Positions 7,860-18,600 of a stretch of 19,599 bases of DNA are shown here, in pieces. The notes under the pieces are model-generated. The model ran no database searches and was not told where the DNA came from. It was given only the letters and a program-made list of their open reading frames with translations. Location: assembly GCA_000388065.2 (NCBI GenBank), contig KB932216.1. One strand, 5' to 3'. Source of the DNA: Fonticula alba ATCC 38817 (taxonomy: Eukaryota > Protista > Nucleariida). The translations under genes and the position numbers were made by a program. The number at the start of each line of letters is the position of its first letter. The first letter of the stretch is position 1.

Positions 7860-10800
7860 CTAGTCGGTGAGATCCGAATCGGTGAGCGAGTCCTCCGAGA
7901 AGGAGATGCCGTCGCTGCTGATGCCGGATTCCAGCGACCGGGCGAGCCGCGACCGGCGCGGGGTCGCCCCCGCCGAGGTCGGCGGCTCCGACTTGGCCGA
8001 CGCCAGGCCCCGCCGCTTGGGAGCCGAGGCGACCGGCTGGCCGTCGCTGGCAAGGACGTGGACCCGGCGCGCGGGGGAGCCCTTCTGCCCCTCGAGAGGG
8101 TGATCCGGCGGCAGGGCCCACGCGTGCCGTGGGGCCAGCACGCTCGACTCGTTGGCCACGCCAAAGGTGTTTGCTTTGCGATGGAGGCCACGCCGACTGC
8201 CCGGGGCGGCCGGAGAGCTGCCATTGGCGCTGGCACTGGCGTCGCCGGCCGCCTCGGCCGTATCGGCGAAGGAGGGCAGGACGTCGTGCGAAGCACCCGT
8301 GTAGTATCCCTCATGCTTCAGGTGCCAGGTGATGCTGACACAGGCGCCCACCGTGCGGAATTGGTGGACCACCCGCCGGGGGATGACATAGATGTCCCCA
8401 TGCCGGAGGACGGTTTTGGCCCAGCGCAGGCCCGAGCGCCGGAGGAGATTCAGGTGCGCGTCGTCCAGCCAGAGGCTCGAGTCAAGGAGCTGGTCCTTGG
8501 GCTCCTGGAGACAGGTGGGGCCGGGGGGAGGCCAGGCGTGTCAGCACCGGGGATAACTCCCACATGGGGGTCGAGAGAGAGAGAGAGAGAGGGCGGGACA
8601 TGCGTGCGTGCACGCGAATCCCAGGCGCCCAGAAGACGCACCTCGTGGAAGTACAGCCGGCAGCGATCGGCCACCGCGTTCATGTCGGCCCCATCGAAGA
8701 CAATGATGTCCTTCAGGATCTTGGGGAAGTGGGCATCGTAGCCGGCGGCCGGCATCAGAGGGTCGACTTGGTCGCCGGCCGCGGCGGCGGCGGCCCCCGG
8801 CGGCGAGTGGCGCTCATCCCCGGAGCCCGGCTGCTGGGAGGACCACCACCATGGCGGCCCGGCCGACGGGGCGCCCACCATCTCCGGGTCCGCGGCACAG
8901 GGGTTCTGCACGAAGCCCACCGCGGCCACCGGGTGCCGCTCGGGGAAGAGCCCGGCCATGTCGGCATGGGCGCCGGTCCGGTCTTCGATCAGCTTTTCGC
9001 GCTGGCCGCCGGAGGCCGACCCGACGGCGGCCCCGCGCCGGGGCCGACCGCGCGCCGCGCTGCTAATCAGTGCCGCCATGGAGGCGCCGGCCGCCGCGCC
9101 GGTGGGAATGGCCGTGCCATGGGTGTGGCCAAAGCCGCCGGACTGCAGGTCAGCCAGCTCCGACACCGGGACCATTTGCTCACCGGGGCAGCACCAGAGA
9201 ATCGGGCCGTCGTCGCTGTCCGTGGGGGCCAGGCCGCGGGCCTCCCGGCGCAGGGCCTCCACATGGGCCTGGGAGGCGGCACGGTCGTTGTCATCCTGGC
9301 TGTGGGTGCTGTTGTGGTCGTTGTTGTTGTTGTTGTTGTTGTTGGTGCTGGTGGCGCTGTTGGTACTGGTGTGGTCGCGGCCATTGACCCGGTCGCCGGA
9401 CCGAGGGGCGGACGAGCCGGGGCCGGTGGCCGGGACCGCCATCTGGCGGAGTTCGGCCAGGGCCCGACGCGCGGCCGCCGCATACTTGGACAGCGGGCCC
9501 CAGGGAAGCAGATGGGCCAGGAAGATGTGCCGCTCCATCAGGGCCAGCAGCTCCGGAAAGTAGCCGCCCTTCTCCTCGGTATGGCAGCCCACCAGGCTGA
9601 TGGAGCGCAGGGTGCCGGCCCGGTGCGTGCCGCCCCCATAGGTCCGGGCCACCAGGCGTGTGTACGCTTGCAGGTCGGTGGTCACGGTTTGGTGCTTGCT
9701 GGAAAAGATTTCCCGGACCACGGTCATGTTTGGGTGCTGCCGGGCCAAGAGCCGCATGCAGTTGGGCAGGTCCAGGGCCCCGCCATGAATGATGGCGAAG
9801 GCGTGGTCCGCCACGCCGGGCTGCGACTCCTGGAAGATGACATCGTTGCTGGAGAAGAGAGGGAGGGAGGGAGGTGTGTGTGTGTGTGTGTGAGAAAGGA
9901 GGCGGGGGGGGGGGGGGGGCAGGCCGTCGAAGGGGCCCCAGGGGGGAGGGCGCACCAGTGGTCCGCGAAGTGGCGGATCTGCTCGAGGGACAGGCGCTCC
10001 AGGGCGTCGAGATTGATGTGCACGATGGATGCCCCGCCGTTGGGGTCCACCTCCACCTCGATGGTGGCGGCCGCATGGGGGGCCGTGTGCACCACGCGCA
10101 CCTGCCGCGGGGTATAGGGGAGTGTGATCGGGGGAGCGGCGGCAGCCTTGTGTTGGAGGTCCGGCATTTTGCCGGCGGCGGCAGCCGTGTGGTCGGCCGC
10201 CGGGCCGGCATCCGCTCCAGTAGTGGGGCTCTCGGGGGAGCCATTCGGGCGAGATGTCTCGGCCGAGGGTTTCTGTGGGTGAAGGAGGGGGGGGGGGGGA
10301 CAGTCAGATGTGTGTGTGCGGCAACATGGAGGGCAGAGGGCGATGCGGGCCGCAGACACACCTGGGGGGGTGGGTCGGCCACCGGGAGCGCCTGGGGCGC
10401 CGGGAGCTCGCTCTTCACGGGCACATCGCCCGGCGGGGCACGGCCGACAGGGGGCCGGGTTCCCGGCGGCTGGGGGACGCCGCTGGTGCCGCGCTCGGCG
10501 CCACGTCGAGCCCCCTCGGCCGGGGCACCGGGGCGCGGCATGGGCGTCACCCGGGAAGAGGGCGATGCGCGCGGCCGGTCGGGCGACCGCGACCACGACC
10601 GTGACCGTGACCGTGACCATGAACGCGCTCGCGCCCGCGACCGGGACCGGGACCGGGACCGTGGCCGTGACCAGGATCGGGACCGGGACCGGGACCGGCG
10701 CTGGCGCTGGCGCCCGGCCGGAGATGGCGCCTGGGTGTGCGGGCGCTCGCGAGGGCGGCCCCACTCACGATCGTAGTCATAGTCGTAGTCGTAGTCGCGG

Positions 10801-11075
10801 CCGCGTTCCCGGCTGCGATCGCGATCGCGATCTCGGTCACGATTCCGGTCACGCTCTCGTGCACGCTCGCGCTCCCAATCGCGCTCACGTTCGCGTTCCC
10901 AGTCGCGGTCGCGTTCCCAATCACGGTCGCGGTCGCGACCGCCGGCATACCGCCGCGGAGACACGGAGCGCTGCCGTCGGGTGGGCAGGAAATCGCGCTC
11001 GTACTCGCGCTGGCGGCGCTTCTCGCGGATGTACTCCTGCCGCCTGGCGAGCAGCTGGCTCTCGGACTCGGCCAT
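7860..11075 (-). CDS. RSBN1: RSBN1/DPY-21 (KDM9)-family JmjC-type histone H4K20 demethylase homologue with RD/RE/RS-rich N-terminus; exons 11075-10362, 10272-9956, 9848-8642, 8504-7860 (960 aa)
   Basis: The spliced product contains, in family order: EVDPNGGASIVHI; HAFAIIHGGA; RTYGGGTHRAGTLRSISLVGCHTEEKGGYFPELL..LPWGPLS; SDDGPILWCCPGEQMVP; EDRTGAHAD (HxD); AAVGFV; KILKDIIVF; LWLDDAHLNLLRRSGLRWAKTVLRHGDIYVIPRRVVHQFRTVGACVSITWH. These parallel recalled RSBN1 motifs (HPNGGASV, GGYFP..MPWG, SDDGPI.W.RPGEQ, EDRT.AHAD, HQFRTVSAV.SLAWH). The three introns are GT..CAG and the phases close (2883 nt). Confidence 0.88.
9320..9343 (-). repeat. (AAC)8 coding trinucleotide repeat = poly-Asn8
   Basis: Direct reading, in frame in RSBN1-like exon 3. 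Confidence 0.9.
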
Positions 11076-11176
11076 GCCTTGTACTATGCGCGTGTGGGCG
11101 CGCAGCAGGGCCGGGTGTTAAGCCGGGTGGGGTTGCGTGATGCAGAGAGAGAGAGAGAGAGGGGGGGAGGGGGGGG

Positions 11177-11397
11177 NNNNNNNNNNNNNNNNNNNNNNNN
11201 NNNNNNNNNNNNNNNNNNNNNNNNNNNNNNNNNNNNNNNNNNNNNNNNNNNNNNNNNNNNNNNNNNNNNNNNNNNNNNNNNNNNNNNNNNNNNNNNNNNN
11301 NNNNNNNNNNNNNNNNNNNNNNNNNNNNNNNNNNNNNNNNNNNNNNNNNNNNNNNNNNNNNNNNNNNNNNNNNNNNNNNNNNNNNNNNNNNNNNNNN
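11177..11397. other. Assembly gap (221 N)
   Basis: N run following a (GA)n/poly-G tract. Confidence 0.99.
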
Positions 11398-12140
11398 AGG
11401 GGAGAGAGGAGAGGGGAGGTGGGGTGCTGTGGGCGCCCCGGGCTCGCGCGCGCCCCCGGGTCATGCAGGCAGATCCCCATAAATCACCCGGGTCGGCCGA
11501 AAGGCCCGCCCCCGAGCTTGTCCCCCGGCGCCGGGCCCTCTGGCCCTGGACGACGCGCAACATTTTCCTGCCACCGGTGGGCAGCGCCTGCCTCCACCCC
11601 CCCCCCCCCTATGCTGGTTGTGGCGGGCCGGTCCGGGGGAGCGCAGCTGGCGTGTGTCCCCGCCCCGCACGCCGGGTCGCCGATCCGGGCGGGTCGCTTC
11701 GCGCACCTTCCCCGGCTCGCGGTCTCCGCCCCTCCATGCCGGGGGCGGGGGGGGAGATTGCGTCCCACCGGCTCCCGGTCTGGGGACGCGCTGCCGGGGC
11801 GGTCTGGCGTCTGGCGGGCGCCACTCTCACCCGATGCCCCGGGGGCGATGTGCAGCTAAGCACGGCGGCGACGGCGCGGCGCGGCCCCCCCCTTCTCCGC
11901 CGCCGCGCCGCCGCCCCCCGGACCGGGGGGCGCCCTCGGACGACACTAACTAATGCCGGGGAGGGTTGATGGGCCGGGAGGGATCACATGCACATCACGA
12001 GGGTCTGGCGCCATTTCGCCACCGCGGTTGTGGGCTCTCCCGGCTGGCCGGCGCGGGTGCGCGCAAGGGCGCGTATCTGTGTGCCTTGGGGGGGGGGGGG
12101 GGGGGGCGTTCTTTGTGCGAGAGGGGGCTGGCGCGCGCAA

Positions 12141-12236
12141 ATGGGGCCCCCCGGTTTCTCCGTTGTGCTGCTCGTTCCCGCGCNNNNNNNNNNATGGGGC
12201 CCCCCGGTTTCTCCGTTGTGCTGCTCGTTCCCGCGC
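12141..12236. repeat. 43-bp sequence duplicated on both sides of a 10-N gap (12184-12193); unmerged contig overlap
   Basis: 12141-12183 equals 12194-12236. Confidence 0.9.
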
Positions 12237-12546
12237 GCCATTCCATGCCCCGGCGAATGCCACACACGGGGGGCAGGCGAGGAGGAGCAGGCTCTGTGCG
12301 AGAGGGCCCGCCCGCTGGGGCGCCTGGGCGTGGTGCGGAGCGCGCATGGGGGGCCCGGGCCACACGTCCTGAGCACCCCTCCTTGGCCGGTGTGGTGCGT
12401 CCCGCCACCACCGCCACTACAGGCACCGCAGGCACTGCCGCTGTTGCGATGGATGCCCCCGCGCCCCCCAGACCGTGGCCCCGCCAACACGATCGCCCCC
12501 CCCCCCCCCCAGGAGCTGGGGCCTGGCTCAGACTCACCATCTACAC

Positions 12547-12547
12547 A

Positions 12548-12598
<51 letters not shown>
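12547..12598. repeat. (ACGC)13 tetranucleotide microsatellite downstream of the RapGAP stop
   Basis: Direct reading; perfect repeat. Confidence 0.95.
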
Positions 12599-12599
<1 letters not shown>

Positions 12600-12686
12600 T
12601 GCACGTACATGGGGAACACCAACAGTCCACGGACATGAAAATGTGTATGGGCACAAAAAGAGAAAAGAGAGAAAGGACAGAGAAGC

Positions 12687-15608
12687 TCAAATCCGGGTGA
12701 TGACCGCGCCGCCGGGGCTGGACACGGAGGACGACACACCGGACGAGGAGGAGGACCCGGCACCTGGCCCGTCATCGAGGCCGCCGGCGGCGGGCGACGT
12801 CAGAGCGCTGCAGTCCAGCGGCGACAGGGACACCGGCGGATGGTTGATGGTCAGCCCGGCCATGGGGGAATGCTCGGACGAGGGGATGGCCCCGTCATCG
12901 TGGGTGGCCACAGCCGGCGGACACCGGGGGAGGGCACCGGAGCAGCCGTCAGCCTGGTCGTGCTCCTCCTCCAGCGACTCCTCCTCGTCGGATTCATCGC
13001 TGTTGGTGATGGACAGGGAGTTCAAACGGCTGAGGGGAACGGCGGCCAGGGTGGCCGCGCGGGCCCGGCCGGTGCCGGCCATCGGCGAGGAGGTCGGCGA
13101 TGCGGTGCGGCTGCCGCCGGCCGCCAGCCCGGCCGCGGCGGTGACCGAAGAAACAAGGACAGAGGAGGCGGGCAGGCAGCCGCCACCATGAGAAGGCAGG
13201 GAGGTCGCCGCGGCGATCACATGGCTCGGTGTGGTCTCCACCTTGAGGGCCAGGACGCTGCCGGCGTACAGGCCACTGCCACCGCCGCCGGAGGCGGTCT
13301 GCAGGTGTGGCAGGTTCACGGCCGAGGCCGAGCCAGCATGGCGGGACAGGCCGCCGCCGCCGCCGCCGCCGCCGCTGCCACCACTGCCAGCCGCCCCGCC
13401 CGCCCCATTGAGGGTCTGGGTGGAGGTGCTATTGGTCAGTGGCCCGCCGGGGTTGTTGTGGGAGGGGCCTGACAGCGGGCCGCCGGCGGTGCCGGAGGCG
13501 GCCCCGGTCCCGCTGCCGCTGGCGCCGCCGGAGACGCCGGCCCCGGGGCCGGGCTGGCTGCCGGCGGCCGAGGCCCCGGAGCCCGGAGTGCCGGGCCCAC
13601 CGCCGCCGCCGCCGGCCGCCAGTCCGCCGGCAACGGCGGGCCCCAGGATGGCGGCCATGGCGGCCCCGGCGCCGGAGCTCTCCGGTCCGCAGAAGTGCGT
13701 GGAGCTCAAGTGCTGCAGGGTCGAGGCGGCGGTCTTGCTCGAGCGCACGGTGAACATCGGCGACCGGAGGGCGCCGCGCTCGGCCTGGACCAGCTTGGCC
13801 AGGATGAATGGCCGGAGCTGGGACTCGGTGAGGAGCCCGTGGGCCGGGAGGTCCGGCCCGAAGGCCGGGACCACGGTGCGCGTGACCACGCTCACGCGGT
13901 ACAGAGTTTCCCCGTTGCCGGTGACCGCCGGCTCCGGGGCCGGGGAGGGAGAAGACTCGAGGCCAGGCGAGTGGATGGTGGTGGTGGCGGGGGCGGGGGC
14001 GGGGGCGGGGGCGGGGGTGGCCGGGCTGTGGTCGCCGTCGCCACCAATGCGGCACATGTGCTCCGGCACGCGGACCACCACGATGAAGGTGTGAAGGAAC
14101 TGGGAAGCGAAGGACCGCGGGTCGAAGGTGAAGTGCGGGTCATCGGAGTACACGATCGACACGATGTCATTGCCGATGTGCCGCTTGCGGGCCAGCTGCT
14201 GGGGCAGGTCACTTTCGCGCAGGGAGGAGATGGACCCGACGCGAGCGGCATGGCCGCCGGCGGAGGACGCCGACGAGACGGACTGCTGCGAGGAGGACAG
14301 GTGGTGGGAGAGGGCGGCTGCCGGGGACGGCCGGCCGCCCCCGGCCGAGGAGGAGGGAGCGAGGCCGGTTCCGCCAGCCCCGCCCTCGGCCGCCAGGTGG
14401 CTGTTACTGCCGCCGGCGGAGAAGGGCTGCTGGCCGGCCTGCGGGGAGAATTGGTGCACGCTGCTGGTGGAGGAGGAGGCGCTGTGCGACCGGGGGGGCT
14501 GCTGCTGCTGCTGCTGCTGGCCGGGGCCATTGCCGGCCATGGTGGCCGGCGAGTCGGTGCCCCCCATGGCGGCCGGGGTGTCGCCGGCCGGCGGGCCACC
14601 GGCGCCGGTGCGGTGGCTTTGGGCCTGGGCGGCGGCCGCGGCCGCGGCCGTGGCCACCGACTGCACCAGTTCCAGGGCCTCGGCCGAGGGCCGGTGGTAG
14701 GAGGATTGGCGCTGGTCGGTGTCGCACTCGGCCACCGAGGTCAAGCTCGGGGCCGACGTGGCGACCATGCCGGCCGGCAGTTCCAGCGGCAGGTAGGTGC
14801 TCACATGGAACATGATCGAGACATTGAGGTTATTGGCCTCGCTGCCGAATTCGGGGCCGGTGCCGGCCAGGGCGGCCGGGGCCGTCATGCTGAGGAAGCG
14901 CGAGTGGGTGCCGGTCAGGTCATTGACCGTGTCCAGGCCGCCGGTGTAGGAGGCCCAATCGCGCAGGCGAATGCGCCGGGTGCCCAGGTGATCGAGGAAG
15001 CGCTCGAAGTGGCAGGAGTGCCCGTCGACCGAGTGGTCCACGCCATTGGGCAGGGAGGCCGTGTAGTCGCAGCAGGAATTGGCCAGCATGGCGCTGTCGG
15101 TCTGTTGCCGGGCCTTGGCATAGACGACGCCGAACTTGAAGGTGAGTGGCGACTGGTCGCGCTCGAGTTGCTGCAGCTCGCGCGCCATCTTCACGTAGGC
15201 CGTGGCGACCTGGGTGAGCTGGCGGAACTTGGGCTGTGTGGGGCGCGCGGCGTGGACATGGTGTGTGAGAGGAGGTGGCCATCGAGGAGGGGCGGGGGAA
15301 GAAGAGGAGAATGGAAACAACCGGAAAGAAGAGCGAAAAGAAGAAGAAGAAGCAGCAGAAGAAGAAAGGCCCCGCATGCAGCACAGCGCCGCGAGCCAGA
15401 CAACGCACCACCCGATGAACGAAAAGGTGCCCGGCTGCCAGGGCCAGGACATCGACCACCCGGTGGGACACCAGCTGCCCGGACCCGGGGGTCGGCGGGA
15501 CCACCAGGTCCGACGGCAGGGCCGCCACACTGCCGGTGGGCGAGGGGGCCGCCGTCAGGGGGGACATCGATGGCGGCTGGAGGGCCGACGGGCTGACAGG
15601 CGAGCTGG

Positions 15609-15648
<40 letters not shown>

Positions 15649-18600
15649 CACGGCCGCGGCACTGCTTTGCCCGGTGGCCGCGGCCAGCAGGTGCGCCTGG
15701 AGCTCGCGATTCATGAGGCCCAGCGAGGTGGCCGGCACGACGGCCTGAATGCGGCCGGTGGCCTGCCAAATGATGACGCGGTATTGCAGGCTGGCCGTGG
15801 GGGCCATGTCGCCGGAGACCGAGGTGGCGGACAGGGCGCGCGGCAGGCTGGCCACGCTGCTGGCGCTGCCGGCCGTGGCACGGAGCGAGTCCAAATCCGG
15901 CGAGGAGGCCACCGACGGGGTGGCGGCCTTGGCGGCCCCCCCGGGGGCCGCCGCATCGCCGGGCTGCGATTCGGCCGCCACGCTGGCCTCGGACCCGGAG
16001 GCCGCCGGGCCGGCGTGCAGAGGATAATGCGCAGCCCCGGAGGGCGCGGCCGAGACCGACTGCGACCGGGCGCGGCTGGCGCCATCGGCGCTGCCGACCA
16101 CGCCGGCGCCGGCGCCGCCATCCGCCCGGGACGAGGGCCACGAGGGCAGCATGCGCGCGGACACACCCACCGGCAGGGGGATCGGCTGGCCGGAGGTGAG
16201 GGCGCTGCGGGCCGCCACATAGAGGGCCGCCTGGGGCGACTGCGCCGTGGAGGGGGAGGAGCTCTGCAGCGAGAGGCTGGACATGCCGAAGGCCGAGGCC
16301 ATGGGGCTGCCGGGGGCCGGGGCCCGGGCGCCGGGCTGGTAGGCGGCCACCACCGCCTCGGCCGGGTGCACCCACTCCCGGACGATGGTGACAATTTGTG
16401 GTGGATTGCCGGAAGACAGGTCGGTCGGGGTGGACCCCTCAACCAGCAGGCACAGGTGATCCCGGCCGAAGAAGTACCGGTGGTACCAGTTGGACCCGAC
16501 ATCGGCCAGGTCCAGCGGCGAGGTGATGGGGTCCAGGCGCTGGCCGGCGTCGAGCAGGCGCAGGCCATCGGCCAGCAGCGGCCCGGTGCCCCGGCCGGCG
16601 GCCACCCCGCCCGAGGGGGGGGGATGGTGGTCCTCGTCCAGCGGGTCGGCCGGCTCCGGCACGGCCAGCAGCCGGGTCAGCCGGTGGTGCAGGCCATCCT
16701 CCACGTAGTACCCGTCGGCCGGGGTGACGATCGGCGTGGCCAGCCAGCCGGCCGGCAGGCCGGCCATCGACTCGGAGCTGGCCAGCAAGTCCGCCAGCAG
16801 GGGCTCGATCTCGGCCGGGGAGAGGAGCCGCGCGCCGCCGGGGCCCGGGGCCAGGGGACTGTCCTCGGCCGGGGCCGGGGCCGGGGCCGGCGAGTAGGCC
16901 CCGGCCACGCAGGGGTTGCTGGCGGCGCCGAGGCACCGGTCGTGCACGTGCAGCGAGCAGAAGACACACCGGTAGCCCCAGCCCAGGGGGGCGATGACAT
17001 CCATCAGGGCCTGGGACACCGGCAGGCCGGACAGCCGGCCCACGCTCTGGGGGGTGCTCATGCCGAAGGCCGTGGTGGACAGCGACACCGAGGACTGGGA
17101 CCCGGAGGCCGCATGGCGCGGGGCGGTCGGCGCGACGGTGGGGCTGCTGTGGCGGCGGTGGTGGGCGGCCGCCGGCTCCGGGGTGGCGGCGGTCGTCGGG
17201 CCGGGCGACCCGGGGGTCGAGGGGTCGATCTCGGCGGCGGCGGCGGGGGCGGCCGTGCCCGTGGCCGTGGCCGCCTGCGACCGGTTGTGCGTCAGCGACA
17301 CCAGGAACGAGAGGACCGCGTGCTCGGAGGCACATAGCTCGGCCGGCGGGGCGGCCATCGGCTGCGGGGCGGAGCTCAGGAAGCTGGAGCAGCCGCGGCA
17401 CCAGGCGTGCGTGGTGCCGGGCTGGAAGCTGGACGTGGCGGCCGAGGGGGTGCACCCGGCCAGGATCGGCTCGAACAGGTGCCCCGGGCCGGCCACCGCC
17501 CAGGGCAGCGACCGGTTGGACATCTCCAGCACGGCCAGGATGGGGGCCGGCCATTCGGAGGGACCGGCCCCGCCGCCGGCCCCGCCGCCGGCCCCGGGGA
17601 AGGGCGAGCTCGGGCCATCCTCATCGCTGAGGCCGCCGCCCACCGACGCGGTGGACAGGGGCCGGGCCTTGCGCCGGAAGATGGAGGACGACCCGCCGGA
17701 GGACCGCCGCACGGGCACCGGCCCGGCGTTGGACCCGGTGGTGGTGACCCCGGCCGCGGCGTGGATGTCATCCAAGTCCGAGGGGGAGTAGGCGGGCGGG
17801 CCGCCGGAGGGGGCGGCCGGGGAGGAGCCGCTGCCGGGGCCGGCCCCGGTCCCGGGCCCGGCGACCCGCGCGCCGGCCGGGCTGTTGCCGGCTTCGGGCC
17901 CGGGCCCGGCCGGGGACTTGGGCGAGCAGAGCGCCGGGACGGCCTCCAAGCAGCGCGGGTGGACATCCATCTGGCAGCCTGGGCGCGGGGCGGGCGGGGA
18001 GCGGCGTCAGTCGTCGGGGGGCCACCAGGAGGGGGAAGGGAAAAAAAAAAAAAGAAGAACAAGAAAGAGGAGGCCATGGGCAGGGGGGCTGGGGCGCACC
18101 CTTGCAGCGCCAGCCCGAGGACCGGCTGAGGCTCCACATGCGCTCGCGGCAGATGGAGCACGACTGGCGCAGGGTCCGGTAGGTTTGGGCCTGGAAGGTG
18201 TGCGATCCGAGGGTCTTCTGGCCGGAGGGGGTGCTGACGCTGGCCAGCGAGCTGATGGACACGTTGGACGGGGAGGATGGGATGTTCCTGGAGGCGGCGG
18301 TGGGGGGGGGGGGGGAGGGGGGGGGGGATCGGCGTCAGCGTCAGCGGTGGCGGCGAAATGTCGGCCGGTGGCACAGAGGGGCGGAGGGGGGGGGCGCGTA
18401 CGACAGGGGGGACGACTCGTCGGCGGAGCCGGAGGCCTGCGGGCCGGTCGGGGTGGATGGGTCGACTGCGAAGAGCGAAGGGCGAGGGAGAGGGAGAGAG
18501 TTCACGCCCACGCCCGGGCGCGGTGACGGGACACGCGTCGGGGGTCAGAGACGTCGGGGGGAGGCGGGGCCGGGCAAACAGCACCCGGGCCGGGCAAACA

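Noticed and set aside
8564-10776. + strand ORFs of 517 aa and 300 aa opposite the RSBN1-like gene
   Set aside because: Antisense shadows that run through introns of the real gene.
12141-12236. 43-bp direct repeat
   Set aside because: It flanks a 10-N gap exactly, typical of an unmerged contig overlap.
13695-17337. Long + strand ORFs (633 aa, 285 aa) and a - strand 711-aa ORF overlapping the RapGAP gene
   Set aside because: Antisense or alternative-frame shadows of a GC3-rich coding sequence, with no domain motifs.
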